64,000 nt of DNA from Alphaproteobacteria bacterium. Its GTDB lineage: Bacteria > Pseudomonadota > Alphaproteobacteria > Rhodospirillales > Rhodospirillaceae. The stretch covers positions 4,340 to 68,339 of the forward strand of contig VGEM01000001.1 of the NCBI GenBank assembly GCA_016869315.1, written 5' to 3'. Positions 43,255 through 49,971 of the stretch are shown one piece after another. The position numbers and the translations under genes were made by a program. The notes below the pieces were generated by a model that was given only the letters and a program-made list of their open reading frames with translations, ran no database searches and was not told the DNA's origin. Numbering within the stretch: the first letter of the stretch is position 1; the number at the start of each line of letters is the position of its first letter.

Positions 43255-44520
43255 ATGAGCCAACTGTTCAATCGACGCTCGATGATGGGTATGGCCGGCG
43301 GCGCGCTGAGCGCGGCTTCGGTCCTCAGCTCGAGCCACGCCCACGCCAAGCTCAAGAACGATTTCGAACCGCGCGGCGGCGACGGCATCTGGGAACGCCT
43401 GCCCTCGCTCAATCTCGAGGCCTACGACGAAATGTCGACCTCGACCCGGAAATGGGTCAATGGCGCCTTGGCCCGCGCCGCGCAGCAGCGCGCCAACGAG
43501 CTGATGGTCAAGAACGGCATGAAGCCGGACCAGCAGATCAGCTTCGAGGACGCATCCAAACTGTTGTCGAACGACCCGATCATCGCCATGCGCGCATCAA
43601 GCTGGCAGCGGCTGCAGTGGCACATGTGGCAAGAACTGAAGCGCGAGTTCTACGACAACTACGACGCCTACATGTCGGAAATGGAAGCGACCGATAAAAC
43701 CGGCCCCGGCACGCTCGAGCTCAATCCCGGCATCGAGCCCGAGTACACCAAGCACGAGATCCACATGCAGCCGGGCGGCTACACCGGCGATCCGTTCGCC
43801 GGACACCTTTATCTCTATGGCACCGCCAACTTCTACGTCGGCCAGAACTATCAGGACCAGGGCCACGCGGCGCTCGCCGCGGCGGTGCCGGTGCCGGCCG
43901 ACGGAAAAGTGCGGCGCATTCTCGATGCCGGCTGCAGCTGCGGTCAACAGGTGGTGGCGTTGAAGCGCCGGTTCCCCGATGCCGAGGTATGGGGCGTCGA
44001 CATTGGCGCGCCGATGGTGCGATACGCGCATATGCGCGCCGTCGACAACGGCGTCGATGTCAATTTCCGTCACGCTTTGGCCGAAAAAACCGGCTTCCCC
44101 GACGGCTACTTCGACATCGTCACCAGCTACATCCTGCATCACGAAGTGACCGAGCAGGCGACCTACGAGATCATCCGCGAGACCTCGCGGGTCCTGCGTC
44201 CGGGCGGCGTTTACTTCCCGGTCGACGTCTACACGATGCCGTCGCGCCGCGTGCTCGACGGCACGCCGATGCGCCGCATCCAGGACTGGATCACGTCGCG
44301 CTGGAACCACGAGCGGTGGTGGTACGACTACCAGCGCTCCGACTTCCTCGGCGAAATGCAGCGCTCGGGCTTCGCGCTCAACATGGATGGTCCCGAGGCC
44401 TCGGCCTATGCCGTCAATCTGTCGCAGGCCCGCGCCAGACAAACCTCGGGTCGCCCGCAGGCTTTGGGCGACATGTCGGGTCAGGGTGGCCAAAAGAACA
44501 TCATGGGCACGAAGATCTGA
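43255..44520 (+). CDS. Tat-signal-bearing class I methyltransferase-fold protein with degenerate motif I (tandem paralogue)
   Basis: Start MSQLFNRRSMMGMAGGALSAASVLSSSHAHA|KLKND with AAGGAG 8 nt upstream. The core is about 70-80 percent identical by eye to 41654-42862. RILDAGCSCGQQ has GCSCG at 43930-43944. Confidence 0.7.
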   Translation: MSQLFNRRSMMGMAGGALSAASVLSSSHAHAKLKNDFEPRGGDGIWERLPSLNLEAYDEMSTSTRKWVNGALARAAQQRANELMVKNGMKPDQQISFEDASKLLSNDPIIAMRASSWQRLQWHMWQELKREFYDNYDAYMSEMEATDKTGPGTLELNPGIEPEYTKHEIHMQPGGYTGDPFAGHLYLYGTANFYVGQNYQDQGHAALAAAVPVPADGKVRRILDAGCSCGQQVVALKRRFPDAEVWGVDIGAPMVRYAHMRAVDNGVDVNFRHALAEKTGFPDGYFDIVTSYILHHEVTEQATYEIIRETSRVLRPGGVYFPVDVYTMPSRRVLDGTPMRRIQDWITSRWNHERWWYDYQRSDFLGEMQRSGFALNMDGPEASAYAVNLSQARARQTSGRPQALGDMSGQGGQKNIMGTKI

Positions 44521-44541
44521 TTCTTCGCCTCTTCAGGATCA

Positions 44542-44575
44542 GGGCCTCACCTGCGGGTGGGGCCCTTTTTCTTTT
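44542..44575 (+). terminator. rho-independent terminator of the 35.8-44.5 kb cluster
   Basis: GGGCCTCACC-TGCG-GGTGGGGCCC (9 of 10 bp pair), followed by TTTTTCTTTT. It lies 21 bp after the stop at 44520. Confidence 0.75.
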
Positions 44576-44694
44576 GATTTTCTTGCGTTTCCCGCGGGTT
44601 TCGGCGCCTTGACGGGCGCCCGATCGAACGCCACATAAGTGGAGCCCACGCCGCTGCCGGGTGGGCCATTTTGTCTCGCTCGTCGAGGGGACCC

Positions 44695-45162
44695 ATGACC
44701 CGCGTATCCGTGTTCTCGAGCCCGCTGTTGCTCGGCTTCGACCATATCGAGCGCGTGCTCGACCGTGTCGCCAAGACCGGCGCTGAGGGCTACCCGCCCT
44801 ACAACATCGAGCAGACCGGCGAGCATCGCCTGCGGATCACGCTGGCGGTCGCCGGATTCGCCGATGAAGACCTTGGTGTCGCGATCGAGGACAACCAGCT
44901 GGTCATCCGCGGCAAGCAGCAGGATGACAGCTCCAATCGCGTCTACCTTCACCGTGGGATCGCCGCCCGTCAGTTCACGCGCAGCTTCGTGCTGGCCGAA
45001 GGAATCGAAGTGCGCGGCGCCGAACTGGTGAACGGTCTGTTGCACATCGACCTCGAACGACCGGTGCCCCAGCCCAAGGTCACCCAGATCCAGATCAAAT
45101 CGAGCGCGCCGAAAAAGAAGCCCACCAAGACCATTGATGTCGAGCCGGATCATCTTAAATAA
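44695..45162 (+). CDS. Hsp20/alpha-crystallin family small heat-shock protein
   Basis: Start MTRVSVFSSPLLLGFDHIERVLD with GAGGGGA upstream. The alpha-crystallin core is YPPYNIEQTGEHRLRITLAVAGF...GLLHIDLER. Confidence 0.9.
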   Translation: MTRVSVFSSPLLLGFDHIERVLDRVAKTGAEGYPPYNIEQTGEHRLRITLAVAGFADEDLGVAIEDNQLVIRGKQQDDSSNRVYLHRGIAARQFTRSFVLAEGIEVRGAELVNGLLHIDLERPVPQPKVTQIQIKSSAPKKKPTKTIDVEPDHLK

Positions 45163-45192
45163 GTCGTGGGCGCTTTCGTCTGGGAGATTGCT

Positions 45193-45408
45193 ATGACCGA
45201 TCATCCAAAGACCTACGGCTCGCAGCCGGTCGATCTCGTCAAGCTCGGCTTGAATGAGATCGCCTACATCCGCCGCGCCGTGATCGACAATGTGCCGGTC
45301 TGGAGCATTCATGCGGCGACAGGTCAGCCGATCGGCGCCGCTCAAAGTTTCGATCAGGCCTGGGGCGCGGTGAAGCAGAACGATCTCGTTCCGCAGTGGG
45401 TCAACTGA
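45193..45408 (+). CDS. DUF1150 family protein (frequent partner of Hsp20 in Alphaproteobacteria)
   Basis: MTDHPKTYGSQPVDLVKLGLNEIAYIRRAVIDNVPVWSIHAATGQPIGAAQSFDQAWGAVKQNDL matches the DUF1150 pattern as I recall it. Confidence 0.75.
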   Translation: MTDHPKTYGSQPVDLVKLGLNEIAYIRRAVIDNVPVWSIHAATGQPIGAAQSFDQAWGAVKQNDLVPQWVN

Positions 45409-45852
45409 AACCCGTTTTCATTGTCACTGACCGATCCACTAACTCAGGGTCACCCCGGACTTGATCCCTTAGGCGCTAAGAAAAGCATGACTTTTGCAGT
45501 ATCCCGAAGATAATCACACCATACGCGTCGTCGACGGCGCGATCCGCGGCAAGACGGATCAGTTCGTCTACAAGTTCCGGAAGCCGAAGTAAGCGGCCCT
45601 GACGGACGAGGACCCTTAACCGCCGGATAACGGCGTCACCCCGGCCGCCGAGCTGCCTTCGCGCGTTGCGCTTCGGCGGACGCAGACTGAAACCCACCGA
45701 GGCCAATTGGCGTAGGCGGGGCCGGGGTCCCTGGGGAGGCGTACACCGACGTCACGACTTTGACGCCCGTTCTGGCTGCTGCGGGCCCACCCAGGACTGC
45801 ACCGATTTCACAGATGCGCGCCGATTTGGTAAACCATGGCGGGCGCACCAAG

Positions 45853-45928
45853 TCCCTGTAGCTCAGCTGGATAGAGCACCAGATTCCTAATCTGGGGGTC
45901 GTGAGTTCAAATCTCGCCGGGGACGCCA
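45853..45928 (+). tRNA. tRNA-Arg (anticodon CCT)
   Basis: 76-nt cloverleaf. Acceptor stem GTCCCTG/CGGGGAC (one G-U pair). D arm GCTC...GAGC. Anticodon stem CCAGA/TCTGG with loop TTCCTAA. T arm GTGAG-TTCAAAT-CTCGC. Discriminator G and an encoded CCA. Confidence 0.95.
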
Positions 45929-46252
45929 CTCTGCTTTTCTGAGCGAGCGGCTGTGCGAGCTTGGAAGAGCTCGTGCCTGATCGCTTGTCCTCCGAAGCCG
46001 CAAAATGGCGAAGGTGGAAACCCGCAGGGCGAAGGCGGGCTGGTTGAGGTTGTACTTCGACTCCGGGGCGACGATACGGGGTGGTTGATTTTTTCCGAAA
46101 CGATTGAGCACAACCCTCGCCGTGACGAGCGGGATAGGTGTATGTCCCCTTTTCTTTTTTTATCGCCGCTTCGGTTGTGAGACGCATTGGGCAGGTGTGC
46201 GGGGGCGACCGCCCGCGCCTTAGCTCCCGACTCACGGTTGCCGTCGCGGGCC

Positions 46253-46276
46253 ATATAGGGTATATCCCCATCCTAT
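46253..46276. promoter_or_regulatory. candidate DmeR/RcnR-type operator
   Basis: In ATATAGGGTATATCCCCATCCTAT, ATAGG and CCTAT are inverted repeats flanking a TA-rich/C-tract core. This style is reported for RcnR/DmeR operators. It overlaps the ATG of the repressor gene. Confidence 0.4.
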
Positions 46277-46550
46277 GGTTCACCTCCGTGATACGAAAGA
46301 CGAGATTCTCGCGCGCATTCGGCGTATCGCCGGGCAGATCGCCGCACTCGAACGGGCCGTACAAAGCGGGGCCGAATGCAACGAGACGCTCCATCAGGTC
46401 GCCGGCATTCGCGGCGCCGTGAGCGGGCTGATGAGCGAATTGATCGAAGATCATATGGCCAATCACGTGGCCGCTCCGGGCCTTACGAACAAGAAACGGG
46501 CTGCCGCGGCTGAAGAGCTGTGTACGTTGTTACGCCGTCACGGCAGGTAG
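46275..46550 (+). CDS. dmeR: metal-sensing transcriptional repressor, CsoR/RcnR/FrmR (DUF156) family, DmeR-like
   Basis: 91-aa ORF reading ILARIRRIAGQIAALERAVQSGAECNETLHQVAGIRGAVSGLMSELIEDHMANH. It has the W-X-Y-Z-type ligand positions typical of the RcnR class. It sits directly upstream of a CDF gene. Confidence 0.8.
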   Translation: MVHLRDTKDEILARIRRIAGQIAALERAVQSGAECNETLHQVAGIRGAVSGLMSELIEDHMANHVAAPGLTNKKRAAAAEELCTLLRRHGR

Positions 46551-46554
46551 AGTA

Positions 46555-47487
46555 ATGGCCGTTTTTAGAGAACTCACCGAGCCCGCCCACCTGCACGACT
46601 ATCTCGGCGCGGCCCACGATACGAACGCGCGCCGGACACGGTGGGTCGTCGCATTAACCGCCGTCATGATGGTCGGAGAGATCGTTGCAGGTTACCTCAC
46701 GGGCTCCATGGCGCTTCTGGCGGACGGGTTCCATATGGCTACGCACGCTGGTGCCCTCACCGTCGCAGCGTTCGCCTATGCCTATGCGAAACGGTATGCC
46801 CATGACCCGCGCTTCACCTTCGGTACCGGCAAAGTCGGTGAGCTTGCCGGTTTTGCTTCCGCCTTTGCGCTGGCTTTGATCGCGATAGGCATCGGCGTCG
46901 TGTCAGCGATCCGGTTGGCCCGGCCGATCCCCGTGAATTTCAGCGATGCCACCCTGATTGCTGTACTCGGCTTGATAGTCAATCTTGTCAGCGCCGCTTT
47001 GCTCGCTGGTGGGGGTCACCATCACGGCCACGCTCATCATAAACACCATGATTGGGCCGGACATGACCATGGCGGTCACGGACATGACAATAATCTGCGC
47101 GCCGCCTACGTTCATGTTCTCGCCGACGCGCTCACCTCCGTACTCGCGATAATCGGGTTGCTGGCGGGGCGATACCTTGGCTGGGTTTGGCTCGATCCAT
47201 TGATGGGTATGGTCGCCGCCGCCGTCATCGGGCGCTGGTCTTGGGGCCTCATGGGCGATACCGCCCGCGTGCTGCTGGACACCGCCGATCCGCACTTATT
47301 CGAAGAAGTGCTGGAGTGCGTGGAGAAGCCCGGCGATGCCCGCGTTGTTGATCTCCATGTTTGGCAGGTTGGGCCTCAAGCTCATGCTGCTAGTGTTGTC
47401 GTGCGCGGGCCAATTGATGCAGAAGCCGTTCGCGACCGCCTTAAGCCCGTTCATGAAATCAAGCATCTGACCGCCGAGGTGGCTTGA
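46555..47487 (+). CDS. dmeF: cation diffusion facilitator family Co/Ni (Zn/Cd) efflux transporter, DmeF-like
   Basis: 310-aa ORF with 6 TM segments and the LLADGFHMATHAGAL and HVLADALTSV motifs. It has the His-rich loop GGGHHHGHAHHKHHDWAGHDHGGHGHD and a C-terminal cytoplasmic domain. Confidence 0.85.
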   Translation: MAVFRELTEPAHLHDYLGAAHDTNARRTRWVVALTAVMMVGEIVAGYLTGSMALLADGFHMATHAGALTVAAFAYAYAKRYAHDPRFTFGTGKVGELAGFASAFALALIAIGIGVVSAIRLARPIPVNFSDATLIAVLGLIVNLVSAALLAGGGHHHGHAHHKHHDWAGHDHGGHGHDNNLRAAYVHVLADALTSVLAIIGLLAGRYLGWVWLDPLMGMVAAAVIGRWSWGLMGDTARVLLDTADPHLFEEVLECVEKPGDARVVDLHVWQVGPQAHAASVVVRGPIDAEAVRDRLKPVHEIKHLTAEVA

Positions 47488-47682
47488 TTCCTCGGGCAAG
47501 GGCACCGTGGTGCGTTGACTCGAGATTTGTCCGACGGCATCGAATCGTCCTCGTGACCAGGCAAAGGAAGACCGACGCCATTGCGCCTTTTGGGGCGACA
47601 ACGGTCTGGCAATTCTGTTGTCAATCAGCAGCGGATCGGCCACTTTGCGGGGGCTTGTCCGCTGAAACCTCAGGAGGCCCGC

Positions 47683-48585
47683 ATGACATTCGTCGCACGC
47701 ACCACGGCCCTGGCGGCCGCTGCCATCGAAATCCTGTTGACCCCCGCCACGGCGGCCGACGGCGTTGTCGCCAAGCGCGGGTACGTCGACAGCCGTTTCG
47801 GCCAAATCCACTACTACAGCTTCGCGCCCGCCGATGGGCCTGGCACGAAGACACCGATGGCCTTCTTCCACCAAAATCCCAAGTCTGCGGTTGAGTTCGA
47901 GCCGCTGACAAGCGAACTGGGCAAAGACAGATTGGTCCTCGCGTTCGACACGCCGGGGTACGGCATGTCCGATCGACCCGCCCATGCTCCGAACATGCAG
48001 GACCTGGCGGGGTCCATGGCGGACGCCTTGAAGGAACTGGGCTACGGCCGGCGCGGACGTCAGGTCGACGTGTTCGGCTTCCACACCGGCGCTTATATCT
48101 CGTCAGAACTGGCGGTGGCTCATCCAGAATTGGTGCGACGCGTTGTGCTGTCTGGGGTCGGCTATTACAGCGTCGAACGGCGCAAGCAGACGTACGACAA
48201 TCTTCCCCGCGATGGCGTGATCCCCGAAGACGCGAGTTTCGTGGTACGGCGCTGGCACTCGGTGGTCAACAGCCGCACGCCCGGTATTCCCATTGAACGC
48301 GCGGCACGGATTTTCCTCGACGACATCCGCTCGCTCAATAAGTCGTGGTTCGCGTACAACGCGGTGTGGAGCTACGTGCCGGAGGACCGCATGCCCAAGA
48401 TCACCCAACCGGTCTTGCTGTTGCAGCCGCACGAGATGCTTTTGAACGAGACCCGGGCGGTCAAGCGCGATCTGTTGCCCAAGGCAGACATGATCGAAAT
48501 TCCGGGCGTCACCCGCGACGTTTTCGACACCGGGTCGATGGAGTACGCGCGGCATCTCCGCGAATGGCTCGATGCGAAGAGATAA
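47683..48585 (+). CDS. exported alpha/beta-hydrolase-fold protein with His at the nucleophile position (third member of the 38164/39885 family)
   Basis: AGGAGG RBS. Signal-like N-terminus MTFVARTTALAAAAIEILLTPATAADG. Motifs MAFFHQNPKSA, AFDTPGYGMSD and elbow G-F-H-T-G. Confidence 0.65.
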   Translation: MTFVARTTALAAAAIEILLTPATAADGVVAKRGYVDSRFGQIHYYSFAPADGPGTKTPMAFFHQNPKSAVEFEPLTSELGKDRLVLAFDTPGYGMSDRPAHAPNMQDLAGSMADALKELGYGRRGRQVDVFGFHTGAYISSELAVAHPELVRRVVLSGVGYYSVERRKQTYDNLPRDGVIPEDASFVVRRWHSVVNSRTPGIPIERAARIFLDDIRSLNKSWFAYNAVWSYVPEDRMPKITQPVLLLQPHEMLLNETRAVKRDLLPKADMIEIPGVTRDVFDTGSMEYARHLREWLDAKR

Positions 48586-48851
48586 CCTGATGCTGGCGGA
48601 TTTCGCGTTGCTCGCGACATGGGCAGATCAGCCGCCGCGTTAGGAAGTTTTGGCTCTGCAAAGATGTTGTGTCCCTGACATACAGACACGCCGTCGAAGA
48701 CACTGATGCGTTCACCTGCGATGGCGTCATCTGCCTGCGCGGCGTGATCGCGCTCTAGACTCGCTGAGTCAGCTCGGCGCCTGGGCCGGACGATTTCGTT
48801 TTCGTGGCCGCGTCGTGCATATTTGGCCGCAATCACCGCCAGGAGTTTCGC

Positions 48852-49358
48852 ATGATCACTTTCCCCAGCTTACCGAAATTGCTGACGGGGCGGGCTTCGT
48901 CCGTTTGCGTTGCGATGACCTTTGCCGCCGCGATGATACCAACAGCGAACCTTGCACAAACTGCTGAAGAGATCGCCACGGCCAGGGACGAGATTTGGGC
49001 CAAGGAGTTGAAGATCTACACCTACGAGGAGCGCAATCTTGGCGGCGATTTTTATTTCAACACCTCTGCCAAAGGTTATTTGGCCTGGACCTATGGTTCA
49101 CCGAAACCGTTCCGCAAGCCGAGTGAACCACCAAAACCGCTGACGACGCCCACCGAGGAAGTCATCACGCCGGAGTTCACCGACTTCAGTTTGCAAGGCG
49201 ACACCGCCATCCTTTATTACACCAACCATCGCACCAGGCTGAGAGACGGCACGCCGGTCGATCAATACTTCGCTAACATTCACGTTTTCGTTCGTGAGGG
49301 CGCTGACTGGAAGCTCCTCGCGTCCATGTCGCGCCTGGAAGATCCCAAGGCGAAGTGA
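48852..49358 (+). CDS. exported NTF2-fold (DUF4440-like) protein
   Basis: Start MITFPSLPKLLTGRASSVCVAMTFAAAMIPTANLAQT. The C-terminal block GDTAILYYTNHRTRLRDGTPVDQYFANIHVFVREGADWKLLASM is typical of DUF4440. Confidence 0.55.
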   Translation: MITFPSLPKLLTGRASSVCVAMTFAAAMIPTANLAQTAEEIATARDEIWAKELKIYTYEERNLGGDFYFNTSAKGYLAWTYGSPKPFRKPSEPPKPLTTPTEEVITPEFTDFSLQGDTAILYYTNHRTRLRDGTPVDQYFANIHVFVREGADWKLLASMSRLEDPKAK

Positions 49359-49744
49359 GTGTCGACTGTGTCGGCGTTCGCCGCCGCCCATATCAACATC
49401 GCGGAGCAGCCGGCGCGGTGCTCATTCTCGCCGATGAAACGGATTGTGCGTTTGACCGGGTCGCGCATGAAGGGCTCGCCGGCGTGGCGCCCCGCAGCCC
49501 GGCTTATTTCCGTAACCAGCTCCAACACGTCGACCTCGGCCGCAAGTTGTTTGATGTCGTTGTGCCAACTGAGTTGCGAAATCGACCCGGCCTTCAGTAC
49601 ACGGGCGAGCTCATCCTGTCGATCAATCCACCGCTTTGCAGTTAGTCGACCACCGATCACGCCATTGGCGCGTGCCTCGCGCAGCAAGGCGAATGTGGAG
49701 AACGCCGCCAGAGCGTGATTGGAGAGGAATGATCGGCGATTCAT
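49280..49744 (-). CDS. Tat-signal protein of unknown function, possibly 3'-truncated
   Basis: Start MNRRSFLSNHALAAFSTFALLREARA. The last 79 bp overlap the convergent gene 48852-49358. The tail (AGCSAMLIWAAANADTVDTHFALGSS...) loses resemblance to the family as I remember it. Confidence 0.4.
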   Translation of the reverse strand: MNRRSFLSNHALAAFSTFALLREARANGVIGGRLTAKRWIDRQDELARVLKAGSISQLSWHNDIKQLAAEVDVLELVTEISRAAGRHAGEPFMRDPVKRTIRFIGENEHRAGCSAMLIWAAANADTVDTHFALGSSRRDMDARSFQSAPSRTKT

Positions 49745-49971
49745 GAGAGTCCCCGCTTTTGGGCTGCCGGAACGAGCGTAGCAAAGTATCCCGGAGGGCA
49801 GGACCAAATTGCGGTCCGCTTCATCTGAAGTTCGGTTTCCGGCTGCTTGGCAGCAGCGTCACCCGGCAGTGGCCGAATCTGACCAAGTGGACTATACCCC
49901 GCCTCAATTCCGCCGGCGGCCCCAGACTTTTCACCCGGGGCCGGCCGCATCACAGATGAAGGTTCCCGCAT

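Noticed and set aside
44576-44694. Canonical ROSE RNA thermometer upstream of hsp20
   Set aside because: The characteristic anti-SD UYGCU hairpin with a bulged G was not seen. It is reported only as a generic structured leader.
36801-45345. Several 250-330-aa minus-strand ORFs (36801-37787, 41582-42508, 43597-44493, 44539-45345)
   Set aside because: Each is antisense to a plus-strand gene with motif support (chelatase-fold, methyltransferase-fold, Hsp20). Their compositions are shadow-ORF-like.
45476-45706. 76-aa minus-strand ORF, and a plus-strand fragment ...HTIRVVDGAIRGKTDQFVYKFRKPK*, in the spacer before the tRNA
   Set aside because: No start/RBS context or family was recognised for either. 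They may be a relic or may be noise.
45636-46466. 276-aa minus-strand ORF
   Set aside because: It runs straight through the tRNA-Arg gene and the dmeR start, and has no motifs.
45853-49744. tRNA-Arg-linked genomic island
   Set aside because: No integrase, excisionase or direct repeat of the tRNA 3' end was found by eye. It is kept only as a low-interest note.
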